Assembly: GCA_965226795.1 (NCBI GenBank)
Contig: CBDDDZ010000003.1
Coordinates: 544,001 to 608,000 of the forward strand
Origin: Candidatus Latescibacterota bacterium
Lineage (GTDB): Bacteria; Latescibacterota; UBA2968; GCA-2709665
Reading direction: 5' to 3'
DNA: 64,000 nucleotides
The notes under the pieces: model-generated
Told to the model about the DNA's origin: nothing
The model's input: only the letters and a program-made list of their open reading frames with translations
Databases searched by the model: none
Shown: positions 47,336-59,800 of the stretch, piece by piece
Position numbering within the stretch: the first letter of the stretch is position 1
Layout of the letters: every line of letters starts with the position of its first letter
Program-made: the position numbers and the translations under genes

Positions 47336-47992
47336 CTAATACGGCCGCATCTGTACGGCGAGAGCGAGCGACAGTTCGATTTCCGTGATCGCCCGGAACG
47401 TTGCCTGGCCGATCAGATCGAGCTTCCGTACCTGGTTGATGCGAGGGGCGACGCGCGCCAGTTCTCTGGTAGACAATATCTGGTTGAAAAGGTTACAGGC
47501 GTGCGCAAGGCTGATGATTACCACGTCGCGAGGGTCGGGGATCTGGTCGCTGAACAGGATCTCCATGATCCTGAGCTTGACCTCCCGTTCGGCCTGGTCG
47601 TCCACGACGGGATATCGCCGCGACCGGAAAACCCACAGAAGCCGGTCGTCGCGGCGTTCCAGGATGCCTCTCTCCACCAGCCGGTCGAGTGACTCCTCGC
47701 GAATGCCTGCGGCGCTGCGAATGGCGGTGCGTTCCACCCAGAAGCGGGCGTCGTGGGTTTCGGTCGCCTGCGAAATGTCGGCAAGCGTCGGATCGAGAAG
47801 GCCGTCCTGCACGGGCGTCGAATCCACCAGGACGAGCCGGTCCGGATCGGTGTCTATGCGGTTCTCCATCGCCAGGTCCATCAGCACCCCGCCGGCAAGC
47901 GCATACCGCAACGACTGGTCCGGCACCCGGGCGGATTTTCCGTTCTCGTCGTCGAGAAGGAGAAGCATGAGTTCTTCGGGGAATCTCAGCAT
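47336..47992 (-). CDS. GPP34 (GOLPH3/Vps74-like) family protein
   Basis: MLRFPEELMLLLLDD, ALAGGVLMDLA..RI, LDRLVERGIL...F..RRYP. Confidence 0.85.
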   Translation of the reverse strand: MLRFPEELMLLLLDDENGKSARVPDQSLRYALAGGVLMDLAMENRIDTDPDRLVLVDSTPVQDGLLDPTLADISQATETHDARFWVERTAIRSAAGIREESLDRLVERGILERRDDRLLWVFRSRRYPVVDDQAEREVKLRIMEILFSDQIPDPRDVVIISLAHACNLFNQILSTRELARVAPRINQVRKLDLIGQATFRAITEIELSLALAVQMRPY

Positions 47993-48186
47993 TGTCCTTT
48001 CCTTTTGTGTTTGGAATTTAATATCATGATAAGGCATGTTCGGCTTCTGTCAAGCCCGGCTGCCGTTTTACGGCGACAGGAAGGCGGCGCGAAGTCATTG
48101 CATCCCGACAGGGGTGAACAGAGACATGAACGGGTTTGATGAAAACCGGGAGGGAACTCGCGTTCCGGAATTCACCAGAGCACGGA

Positions 48187-48339
48187 ACTCTGTTGATAAA
48201 GTCGCTTGCCGAGGGAGTCATTGTGGCCGAAGACAAGGCGCACGACCGCGTCGAATCGGGGGATTCGGGGAGGGAGTGCAACGCAGTAATTCGGCCAGAA
48301 GGGCCGGACGCAGCCCGGATGGACTTTTTCAACGGGCTG
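48187..48339. mobile_element. MITE, second copy (left end eroded)
   Basis: Near-identical to 33450-33609; right TIR intact and followed by TTAA. Confidence 0.8.
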
Positions 48340-48394
48340 TTAATGTGTCCCATCGCCACTGAGAATCGGAGGCATCGATTTGTTTTTTAAGGAC

Positions 48395-50026
48395 ATGATT
48401 CCGTCTTTTTACGATAGCCGCGCGCTCCGTGGCGACGCCTTTGGTGGCATCACGGCAACCGTGGTGGCGCTGCCGGTCGCGCTGGCCCTGGGGGTCGCGT
48501 CGGGCATGGGCGCGGCAGCCGGGATGTACGGCGCGATCGCGGTGGGCTTTTTCGCTGCTGTGTTCGGCGGCACGCGGACCCAGATATCGGGCCCCACGGC
48601 GCCGATGACCGTCGCCTTCGTGGTCATTGTCTCCAGCTACACCACCAACCTCATCGAAGCACTCACCGTGGTTGTTATGGGCGGTTTACTGCAGGTGCTG
48701 ATGGGCATGTCGAGGATCGGTCGCTTCGTGGCCTATACGCCGCATGTGGTCATCTCCGGTTTCATGTCCGGGATCGGCATCATCATCATGGTGATTCACA
48801 TTCTTCCGTTCCTGGGGACAGCCCCGGCGACGGGCGGTGTCGTCGGAACGATCCGCGCGGTGTCCGATGCGGTTGACAATGTCAATTACAACGCGCTGGC
48901 TATCGCTGCCGTTGCTCTCGCTGTTGGTGCGATCTGGCCGCGCAGTTGGAGCAGATACCTGCCGGGCCCCCTCTTGGCCCTGGTCGCCGGGACGTTGCTC
49001 GGCGTACTGTGGCTGAGCGACGTCCCGGTAATCGGTCACATACCGACCGGATTGCCGGAAATGCGATTGACGTTGCCCTCGGTCTCTTTCGTAATGCATG
49101 CGCTGAAACCCGCGCTGATTCTGGCCCTGCTCGGTTCCGTGGACAGCCTTCTCACCTCCCTGGTTGCCGATTCTTTGACCGGTACGAGACACAATCCGAG
49201 CCGGGAACTGGTGGGGCAGGGCATTGGCAATATGGTATCGGGACTGTTTGGGGGCCTGCCCGGTGCGGGGTCCACGACGGGAACCGTAACCAACATACGC
49301 GCCGGCGGGGTGACGCCGGTATCCGGCGCGATGTACGCGGTAATCATGTTGGCTCTCCTTCTGGGCCTCGGCCGGTACGTGGAGCCGATTCCCCATGCCG
49401 TTCTCGCCGGTATTCTGATGAAGGTCGGCTGGGACATCGTCGACTGGCGTCTTCTCACGCGCGTTCACCGGCTGCGCCGGGAACACCTTCTGGTGATGAT
49501 GATTACCCTGGGTCTTACGGTGTTTGTCGATCTGGTGACCGCCGTAGCGATAGGCCTGATTGTCGCGGGAATGGTACACGCACGGCAACTGGAACGCCTG
49601 GAACTCGACAGCGTGGTCTCCGTGCCGATGCTGGACCGGATGTTCTTTTCCGAGGAGGAGGACATGGACGTGGCCGCACTCAGTCCGTACTCGGCTCGCG
49701 TGGGACTTGTAGCGCTCAGGGGAAGCCTCACCGTCGCATCCTCCCGCAAGCTGGCCAGCGTGATCGGCGCGGACATCAAGGATCACGAGGTTGTCATCAT
49801 CGATTTCTCCGAAGCCACCTATCTCGATGACAGCGCGGCCATGGTAATAGGGCAACTCATGGATCTCGCCGAAAGCGAACAGACCGAATGTATCGTGATG
49901 GGACTGTCCGGTCTGACGGCGAGAACCCTGCAGACGCTCGGCATCTTGAAGCATGTTCCCAGGCATCGCATTGTCGAAACGCTCGATGTCGCGCGACAGA
50001 TCGCAAGAGGGATCCTCGGCGTATAG
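48395..50026 (+). CDS. SulP-family anion transporter with STAS domain
   Basis: GDAFGGITATVVALPVALA, QISGPT, ELVGQGIGN, C-terminal IIDFSEATYLDDSA. Confidence 0.93.
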   Translation: MIPSFYDSRALRGDAFGGITATVVALPVALALGVASGMGAAAGMYGAIAVGFFAAVFGGTRTQISGPTAPMTVAFVVIVSSYTTNLIEALTVVVMGGLLQVLMGMSRIGRFVAYTPHVVISGFMSGIGIIIMVIHILPFLGTAPATGGVVGTIRAVSDAVDNVNYNALAIAAVALAVGAIWPRSWSRYLPGPLLALVAGTLLGVLWLSDVPVIGHIPTGLPEMRLTLPSVSFVMHALKPALILALLGSVDSLLTSLVADSLTGTRHNPSRELVGQGIGNMVSGLFGGLPGAGSTTGTVTNIRAGGVTPVSGAMYAVIMLALLLGLGRYVEPIPHAVLAGILMKVGWDIVDWRLLTRVHRLRREHLLVMMITLGLTVFVDLVTAVAIGLIVAGMVHARQLERLELDSVVSVPMLDRMFFSEEEDMDVAALSPYSARVGLVALRGSLTVASSRKLASVIGADIKDHEVVIIDFSEATYLDDSAAMVIGQLMDLAESEQTECIVMGLSGLTARTLQTLGILKHVPRHRIVETLDVARQIARGILGV

Positions 50027-50217
50027 AAGGAAATTTCGGGAATCGCTACCGAAAACGACCATGGCTGCGATCTGGCGGGTAGATGGGTCGGATGAGGACA
50101 GGGTTTGTCGCCATGGAGGCGATGGGCATACGGAGAAACTGTCAAGCGTAAGATCAGGTGGGAGAGGATGTACTGAACATTATTCAGTCAGGCTGGGGCG
50201 CGAATCGCGTCCCTTTT

Positions 50218-50814
50218 TCATTTATTCGCCCGCCGGGCGCAGAAGTAACCCCCGGTGCGCGATAATCGCGCGCCGCTTCGCCAACTCCCTGCGAAACCGT
50301 CGGGCGTAATTTTGTGTATCTTGAGCACGGTGTAAGCCCCGTCGAAGAGCATTTCATCCCGCCGGTTGGCGTCCGCGCCAAGGCGCAGCATGATGCGGCG
50401 CTTTCCATCATGGTCGCTTTCGAGCACGAGCACACCGGGTGCCTGAGGGTCCCTACCGGCCGGGTCACCGACCCGGTGCGCGCCCACCGCGCGGAGGTCG
50501 ATGTCGGTAAAACCGTACAGCGGAGTCGACACGGTCCCGAGCATAGAGTGTTCCGGGGGCGGCCGGCGCAGGGTGAGGACGCCATGCGCACGGCGTGCGT
50601 GGACACCGTTGAGCACTTCCACCAGCGTCAGTCCGTAGGCGCCGATTCTGCCGGCCAGCGTCGCGCGGGCATTCAGGCACCCGGACGTGGGTTCGCAGAG
50701 AGGCATCTGCGATTCGGCATGTGCTTCTTTCCGCGGCCGCTCGGAAGGCGAGCATAAGGAGTACATCGACAGGAAGGCCATTAGTACTACGACGCTCACG
50801 TTCAGCCTTGTCAT
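50218..50814 (-). CDS. Hypothetical exported protein
   Basis: Hydrophobic N-terminus; ATGA overlap with the stop of the giant gene. Confidence 0.55.
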   Translation of the reverse strand: MTRLNVSVVVLMAFLSMYSLCSPSERPRKEAHAESQMPLCEPTSGCLNARATLAGRIGAYGLTLVEVLNGVHARRAHGVLTLRRPPPEHSMLGTVSTPLYGFTDIDLRAVGAHRVGDPAGRDPQAPGVLVLESDHDGKRRIMLRLGADANRRDEMLFDGAYTVLKIHKITPDGFAGSWRSGARLSRTGGYFCARRANK

Positions 50815-53800
50815 TCCCTCTCCGTAGCTTTCCGCAGATCCAGGGTGATGGGCTCGGGCCTATCGGGTCCGGCCTCGGGGTGCGTGATAACACAGTTGAG
50901 CAGAATCAACTCCTCGGATCCTATCGCAATTTTGGAAGTGGAGGTGGACGGCAGAGTGTAGGTATCTGCCTGCGTGGCGTCCACCGTGTACCCGATGTCC
51001 GCCAGCGATTGGATCGTGATGGCGCTGAGTGGATGCGTAACGGCTTCGCCCACCCTGGGCGTCATCAGTTCGCTCTGCATTACGGATTCCCGCCAGTGGC
51101 TGTCCTGGCTGCTCGATCCGCCCGACGTGTTTTCCACGGGCACCTTCGCACCCGTGTAGCCTGACCCGCCCGCGGCATTGAATGCGGCAATCGCGTTCGC
51201 ACCCGGGAAATAGGTATCCGGAGCGGGATCAATGGGATCGTCATTCATATCGAGAGATGGGTTCTTCAAAAGGTCGTGGTCTATCCACGTTCCGAGACCG
51301 AATCCCAAAGTGTGGGTTAACTCGTGCAGAACGAGAGCTGTCAACTTATTGTCCGACATAGTGCTCAGGTCGTCCCGATCGAGTTCGATTCCGCATGCGA
51401 TCGGCAGAGAGGACGGGACGCGCCACACGATACGCCACGCCTGTCCGAGCGTGCCGCTTTGTCCGTCGATTTCAACGACTTCCACGTAAATTATGAGATC
51501 ATCAACAACCTCAGGGGAAGTTGTTCCGGGATAAAGCCTCTCCAGCAATGCGCGGCCGTTGGACGACAGACGGTGGTTGGGGATGTCCTGGGCGATGATC
51601 CGCTCCCATCGCGCCACGGCATTGTCAAAAGCCAACTGAACCCTCCGGGCGGGTGTGCCGCCGGCGTAGATGAGTTCGATGTTGAAAGCCGAGACCCCGG
51701 GCACGGTCGCCTCGGCAGCCGCGGAGCGTACGCCCGTCAGGCTGCCGCCGCAGGCCGTCCCGAGGTATCCGTAATCCGTCTCGTAGGTGTTGCCGGGCAC
51801 GAAGAAATCGGAGACCAGCGATTGCACGGTTACCGTGACGGAACGGGCTGTATTCTCATCGTTGGTTGCCGTGAAGCACCCTGTGGCCCAGTTGCCGATT
51901 GGCTCACTCTGCCGGATCCTGACCTCGTACGCCCGGGTTTCATCAGCGGCGAAGTCATCCATGAATTCGAGCGTGAACAGGTTGCCGCTGATGCTCAGGA
52001 TGGGGGCCGACAGGGACGGCGCCTGGACATTCACATTGAATGACGACATGACGTTCGCGCCCCAGGGATCGTAGGCCCTTAGGATAATCCTTGCGCTACC
52101 GGCCGATACCGGATCGACCAGGACCTCGGTACCGCTCACCTTCACGGACGCAACTGTGCTGTTGGTCGAAAACGCCGTATACAGCAGCGACAGATCGTCG
52201 GGATCGTCGAACACGTCGCCCGCGGACACGATCTCAACGGCGCCGCCCACCGGAAGCGTCAGGTCGTCGAAGGAGCCGTCCACGACCGGGGACTGATTGG
52301 GAATCGGCGCCTCGGCCGAAGGTGACCACTCGCTTTCCCCTTCGTCGTTTTTTGCGCGCACCTGTACCTCGTAGGTCACGCCTCGGTTCAGGCGCGTGAT
52401 GTCCGTTGCCCAGTCCGGTTGCGTCCAGTCCGGCTTCGGCTCCGGATCGTGGATTTTGAAATTACTGGTATTCCTGATGCGATACTGTATATCCCAGGAA
52501 GTGATTTCCGGCCCGGTATTCGTCGGCGGTCTCCGACCGGGGCTCACCCCGATCGTACGGTAAGTCGCGTATGAGAGATCCAATATGGGCGCGGGAGGCC
52601 GACCGGGCGGTTCGTCATCGTCTTCTACGGTCACACGAATCGTCTGATTTGCCTCGCGTTTCCTGGGCCCGGTTCCGCTTGTGGCCGTTATAACGACGGT
52701 ATATCTGTTACCGCTTGCCGCTGGATTCTCAAAGTCCGGGGCGGCTTTGAAGGTCAATTCCCCGTCGCTCGTGATCGAAAACTGCGCCTGGTGGGCGCCG
52801 CCGGTTGTCTCATAGCCGGCGATGTAGTCGCTGGCATCCGTATCCCCTGCGACGACCGTACCCACCGCGGTTGCGTTTTCCTTCACGTCGAAGATACCGG
52901 GGCTGGTGAAGGTTGGCGACTGATTGCCGGCGACGGCACTGATGATCGTCACGTCTACGTCGTCGGCCGACACGTTCTGATAGTCCCCGCCGCTGACCAT
53001 GTGACTCAACGTGACCATGTCGTTTGCCGCCGCGCCGGTATCCGCGATCACCGTCACGGTCTGCGACATGTCATAGGTATCCGCCGCGAACATCCGTTCC
53101 ATCGGATTCACCGAGACATCCGAACCCGACGGCACATCCACCGTGACCGTGACGTCCATCGTCGGCCGGGAGTTCAGGGCCATTGTGTAGGTATTGCTGT
53201 CGCCCGCGGCCACGGATAGCGCCGTCGGGTATATATTCACGTCCGGCAGCCCCGGGATGACTTCGACCGTCAGGTCGTCGGGCGTGACAAAGGAATAACC
53301 GTTATCTCCCGGTGGGAGCGGCGGAAACGTTCCGAGGTCTACCGTGACCGCGGCAGACGTGCCGGTCGTTCGGGTTACCGTCAGTGTGCTGCTTTGTAAG
53401 TCGCCCTGGGGGATTTCGATGCTGCTCCCGCCGCCGTCGATAGCGCCGTTGACCACGTCGAGTGGCAGGATCATATCAAACGGTGCGCCGGTGTTCGCTT
53501 CGGCCCTGAATTGACCCGACGCAACCCGTTCCAGGGATACGGTAATGGGAAGGGGATCGACCGTGTTGCTCTCAAGGTTGAGCGTTGTCAGCGACGTGAG
53601 CCCGGAGAAGATTCCATCCGGAAGGCTGCTGAGGCTGTTGTAGTCCAGCCGGAGCGTTTCCAGGTCGGACAACCCGGTGAAGAGCCCTGCGTCCAGGCTG
53701 CTGATATCGTTGTGTTCCAGCCGGAGTGTTGTCAACGCGGTGAGGCCGGAGAATATATCGGCGTCCAGGCTGCCGAGCTGGTGACCGGTTTCCTGTTCGT

Positions 53801-56800
53801 TGAGATAGAGCGCTTGCAGCGATGACAGACCGGAAAAGAGGTTCCGCGGAAGGCTGCTGAGTTCGTTCTTGCTCAGGTCGAGGGCTTCCAGCGATGAGAG
53901 GTTGGAGAAGATATTCGCATCCAGGCTGCTGAGCTCGTTGCCGTCCAGATCGAGGGCTTCCAGCGATGAGAGGTTGGAGAAGATACTCGCATCCAGGCTG
54001 CTGAGTTTGTTGCCGTTCAGGTCGAGGATTCTCAGCGCCGAAAGGCTGGAGAAGACATTCGCATCCAGGCTGCTGAGCTCGTTGCCGTCCAGATCGAGGC
54101 CTTCCAGCGCCGAGAGGCTGGAGAAGATACTCGCATTCAGGCTGCTGAGTTCATTACCGTCCAGGTCGAGGATTCTCAGGGCCGAGAGGTTGGAGAAGAC
54201 ATTCGCATCCAGGCTGCTGAGTTTGTTGCCGTTCAGATCGAGGGCCTGCAGGGCCGAGAGATTGGAGAAAAGATCCGTATTCAGACTGTCCAGCTGGTTG
54301 CCATCGAGCAGGAGAATTTCCAGATTTGTCAGGTTGGAAAAGAGATTCGCGTCGAGGTCGGCGAGTTCGTTGTCCCGGAGAGAAAGCGTTACCAGTGCTG
54401 GGAGTGCAGAGAAGATGTTCTGTGGCAGGCTGCCGAGTTGGTTCTCTCTCAGAAACAGTGTTTCCAATGCCGCCAGTCCGGAAAAGTCGTTGGCCTTCAG
54501 CGTCGAGATATTCTTCTCACTCAGCGAGAGTCGGGTGATCGCCGACAGATGGTCTGCCGTTACGGCGCCGCATGTACCGACGCCCGCGGCATCCATGATC
54601 GCGTCGCGTACCTGTGGCGTGCGGACGCAGACGTTTAAAGTCTGGTCCTGAGTGTTGTTTCTGACCGTCAGGTTTGTGAGCGCGATGGCGGGGTTCTGCG
54701 CCAGGTCTCGAACCGGGTTGGTCCCCGGTGTGTAGGCCAGCGTGACCGTCTGTCCGGGCGTTACGGCGGGGTCGATGGTGAGCTCCACGTCACTGGCGTG
54801 CATCGTAACCGCAGTGACGCCAAGTGCCGAGTCGTCCGCCGTCACCGTAAAGTCGCCCGTTTTCGGCCTGGGATCACGGTCGAGGCTCTCGCCGAAAGTA
54901 AGCGTCAACTCGTCGCTTTTTACCTCCGCGTCGGTGAGCCCCGGTGGGAGACCGTCGACCTTCTGACTCGAGACATTGGTGCGCGCCACGTGCGCCAGGT
55001 CGGCGTTGACGGTGGCGTTGTTTTTAAGGAGGTAGATGCGGCCGTTGTTTAGCTTCAGGCCGTTTTCGTTAATGGTCGCGCCATCCTTGTCCTCGTCGGT
55101 TCCGGCTACCTTATATTGGAACAATAGCTGGGTTGTGGTTGAGCCGCTTTCGTAGTCGGCCTTGCGTACGGCGGTGCCAATCGTCAGGTCGATCTGCGGC
55201 GTGCCGGAGACGGTCACCGCTTCGCTGAAGGTCGCGGTCATCTCCATAACGTCGTCCCGCTTGTAGGCGCCATTCTGCCCCGAGGCCGGCGTGGAGGTGA
55301 ATGCGGCACTCGAAACCGTCGGCGCGGTAAGCGTCGTTCCGTTCGCCCGTCCGGACCACGGTCCCTTGCCTTCATCGTTCTTGGCCTGCACCTGGATCTG
55401 GTAGGTTCGGCCCGAACGCAGGCCGGTGATGGTTCGCGTCCGGGTCAGTCCACTGTCCGGCGAGTCGATGAACGCGCCGCTCTCGCGGTATTGCAGAAAA
55501 TAGTTCGTAATGGCGGGACCGTTGTTGTCCGGCTCGTCCCAACTCACCGTCAGACTGCTTTCCGTCTCGTCGCTCACCGTGGGCCGGTCCGGTTTGCCCG
55601 GTGGTTCGACGTCGTCCTCCACCGTGACGGTTATGGACTGCGTTGCCGTCAGCTCCCTTGTGTCCGCGCCTCCCGTCACCTCGACCACAACGATGTATTC
55701 GTTGTTCCCTCCCGTGTCCGCCGGCCGCTCGAAGTCAGGGTCGTCCTTGAAGTGCAACTCCCTGGTGTTCGCAATCTCGAACCGATCTCCGTCAAGCCCG
55801 GCGTTGACCTCGTAGCCCGTGATACTGTCGTCTCTATCCACGTCCTGTGCGGCCAATCGGCCTGCCAGAAGTTCATTTTCCGTGACCGTGAACGTATCCA
55901 CACTGGTGAAACGGGGCCGTTCGTTCTCGTCCGTGACGGTAACGGTAATCGCCCGCTCGGCGGTGAGCGCCCTGCCTCCCGTACCCCCGGTAGCCGTGAC
56001 CGCCAGGTTGTACTGGTTGTTCCGTCCCGCGTCCCCGGGACTCTCGAAATCGGGTTCGTCCTTGAAGGTCAACGTGCCCCCGCTATTGATCACGAACAAG
56101 CTCCGGTCGGCTCCATCAGTGATGGCATAGTCTGTGATGCGGTCGGCGTTATCAGGATCATCTGCCTCCACGCGTCCGGCAGACAGCGCATTTTCCGCGG
56201 TCATCAAGGTCGCGTCGCCGGTAAATACGGGGATCTCGTTCATGTCGGTAAGGTCGATGAACACGGGGATGCTGCGGTCGCCGCCGTGTCCGTCAGTTGC
56301 CTTCATAGCCACAGAATAGCGTGGCGTGGTCTCGTAGTCGTAGGTTTCCCCCGAACGGGTGCGGATCTGCCCGTTGCGCGCGTCAATGGTGAAGTCATCT
56401 GCATCCGTGCCTTCAAGGATGTAGGTCAGCGTGGTGTTCTCGGGGTCCGTGGCGTCGACCGGATCGCCGATATTTTGCACGCCTGTCGTGTTTTCGGCCA
56501 GACTGCGCATGGCGCTGGATCCATCGGTGAATATCGGCAGCTGATTCGGGCTGGTTCTTCCCTCGCCGGACTCGGACCACGAACTCGCGCCTTCGTCGTT
56601 GCGCGCCAGCACCTGCACCTGGTGGGTGGTGTCCGGCGTCAGGCCCGTGATGGTCGTTGCGCGGTCCGCGCTGTTGAAGCGCCACGAGGTGAATCCGCCG
56701 GTGTCTCCTTCCCGGTATTGCACGTCGTAGTCGTCGACGTCGGGACCGGTGTTGACCGGCTCGTTCCATGTCACGTCCAGGCTGGTGGATGAGGCCGGCG

Positions 56801-59800
56801 CGACACCGGGCGCCGTGGGTGTCTCGGGCGGTTCACGTTCGTCGACCAGGTTGATGGTCACCGCGATGGTATTGCTGCCGCCCTGGCCGTCTTTCACGCG
56901 AACCGTCACGTCGTAGTTGGGCTTCCCCTCGAAGTCGTAGGTGAGGCCCGGTCGCGTCTGAAGCTGGTCGCCATCCAGCGCGAAGGAGGCCTGATCCGTG
57001 CCTTCAAGGTCGTAGCTCAATGTCCCACCGTCGTTATCCCTTGCGGTTATCGGGTTGCCGATGTCGTGTGTGCCCGTGGTATTCTCGGCAAAACTGCGCG
57101 TGGTGCGTGTGCCCTCGTTGAAGGTAGGCGCCCGGTTGGCGACGGTTCTCGCGTCAGCGGACTCGGACCAGGGGCTTACGCCTTCGTCGCTGCGGGCCAG
57201 CACCTGCACCTCGTAGGGGGTGTTGGCTTTCAACCCGGTGATGGTGGTGGTCGTGCCTGGACCCGTGTGCGGCGAGTCTGTGAAGGCGCCGCCGTCTTCG
57301 CTGTATTGCACGTCGTAGTCGTTGATGTCGGGGCCGGCGTTGGCCGGCGCCGTCCATCGAATGGAAAGGCTGTTTAACGTGGAGGCGGTGACCGTCGGCT
57401 TGTCGGGCGTCTCCGGCCGTTCGTTATCGTCGTCGGTCACTTCGATGGTCACGGAGATGGTTGAGCGTCCTCCCCGTTCGTCCTGCGCTTCCACCGTCAC
57501 CGAATAGCGATTTTTCACCTCATAGTTATAATCCGCGCCGGTCCGCGTGCGAAGCCGGCCGTTGTTGGCGTCGATGTTGAATTGATCCGTATCCCCACCT
57601 GCAAGGCGGTAGCTCAGCGTGGTGTTCTCAGGATCGGTTGCCCCGACGGGGCCGCCGATGTTTCGATCGGACGGTGTGTTCTCCTCGAGGCTGCGCGTGG
57701 CACTGCCTCCCTCGTCGAATACCGGCGGCAGGTTGGCGCTTGTGGTCCCGAAGCCGGAAGGGGACCACCGGCTCTCGCCTTCGTCGTTGTGCGCCCGCAC
57801 CTGTACCTCGTACCGCTTGTTCACCTCCAGGTTCGTTATCGTCGTGGTCGTGCCGGTGTTGTCGTGCGGCCATGGATCGAAGTTGCCGCTGCCCGTCCGA
57901 TATTGTACGTCGTAATCGAAGATATCGGGGCCGGTGTTGGTCGGCGCTGTCCAGGTCACCGTCAGGCTGGTGGACGATGCCGGCTGTACCTGCGGCCTGT
58001 CGGGGACGTCGGGCGGTTCGTCGACGTCGGCTACGTGTATGGTAACACCGATGGTGGCGTTGCCACCGTAAGGGTCGTCGGCTTCCAGGTCAACCGAATA
58101 ACGGTCGTTATCCTCGAAGTCATACGTGACCCCCGACAGGGTGCGCAACTGGCCGCTGCCCGTATCAACGGCGAAGCTGGCGGAATCGGGGCCCGTGAGG
58201 TTGTACGTCAGCCGGTGTGCGTCCGGATCGGTGGCGCGTACCGGATGCTGTATGGGCTGACGGGCCCGGGTGTTCTCGGGCACGGTCCGCGACGTGCTGG
58301 TCCCCTCATCGAAGGTCGGCGCGCGATTGTTGGCCGGCGGCGGAGGGGGTGGCGGTGGCGGCGGAGGGCGAAACGGCCCGATGGGTCCGACGGGTCCGGG
58401 TGGCGGGGGTGGGGGTGGCGGCGTCGTCACGACAACGGGGAAGGTCGTTTGCGAGGTGTTGCCGTACGTGTCGCCGGCAGTTGCGGTGATGGTAGCGCCC
58501 CCCACGGCCACGGCGCGCACCGTCGCCATCGAGTCCGACACCGTGACCGTGACGATGGCTTCATTGGACGATGCCGCGCCGTACGTCAGCGTCCCCAGAG
58601 CCGGTCGGGTGAACAGGCTTGCGACGTTTACGCGAAGGTCGCTGCCCAGGATCAGCGACTGTTCGCCGACAATGCCCAGCGGTCTCGGCCCCACCGTGGG
58701 CGCTCCGACAACGGGTTCCGACCAAGGACTCGCGCCTTCGTCGTTCAATATGCGCACGCGTACCTGATACGGTTGTTCGTTGGTCAGACCGGTCAGCGCG
58801 ACGCTGGTATCCGCGCGGCTGCCCAGGACGAGCCCCTCCAGCCATTCCTCGCTATCCGCCGTCCGATGTACCACTTCATACCCGCTCACCGGGGGCTTGC
58901 CCGCTTCTTCGGGCGCCGCACTCCAGGTCACGGTCAATGCGGTGTCGCGCGGCGCCACCATCACTCCCTCAGGCGGCGCGCCAGGGGGTTCATCCACGTC
59001 GGTGACGGCGATGCCGACGACAAGGGTGGCGCGGCCGCGCTGCCCGTCGCTGGCGCGCACGGTGACGGAATACGCGTCCCTTGCTTCGTGGTCGTAGGCG
59101 ATCCCGTCCTTTGTGATAAGCTGACCGGTACCTGCGCCGATGGAAAAACGGTCTGCATACACACCGTGCAGGCGGTACGTGAGGGAGTCGTCATCGGCGT
59201 CGGTCGCGGTGACGGGATCGCCGATGGGTTGGCCCGCCGAGGTATTCTCTTCCACAAAGCGCGTGACCGGAGGCGCGGCGGTGAACGCGGGCGCACGGTT
59301 GGCCGCTTCGCCAAAACTCGTGGCGAAGATCACGAAATCGTTGAAGGCGATCGTACCGTCGTTGTTCAGATCGTATGCTGCCACATACTTCCCGTCACCC
59401 TGCCGGGAACCGAAAGCGCCGGCAAAGGCCACAAAATCGGAAAAACCCACAAGCCCGTTGCCGTCGAAGTCCGGGGAAGGGGGCGCGGCCACCTGCAGCG
59501 CAACCCCGAGGGCGGGCGATATTACCTCGGACTGTCCGCTCCTGGCAAGTTCAGCGTGCACCAGCCAGATCTCCGTGTCCGAAAAGGCGGCGGTGGTGCG
59601 AAAATGCACGGTGCCGACCCAGCCGGCGTTCACGGATGCCGATCCACTCAACGACGAAACGCCTATCCTGATGGACGTGGAATCCAGTTGTACGATGGCA
59701 TGGACGTTCGGCAGTACCTCGCCGGGATCGAATCCCTCGTAGATGACCTGTTTCGCATCGAATCGGAAGCGCGCGGAAATGCCGCTGGCATTCTGAATAT

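Noticed and set aside
53828..54260. DGR or CRISPR interpretation of the 72-bp repeats
   Set aside because: In-frame LRR coding repeats; no reverse transcriptase, no evident adenine-specific variation and no spacers.
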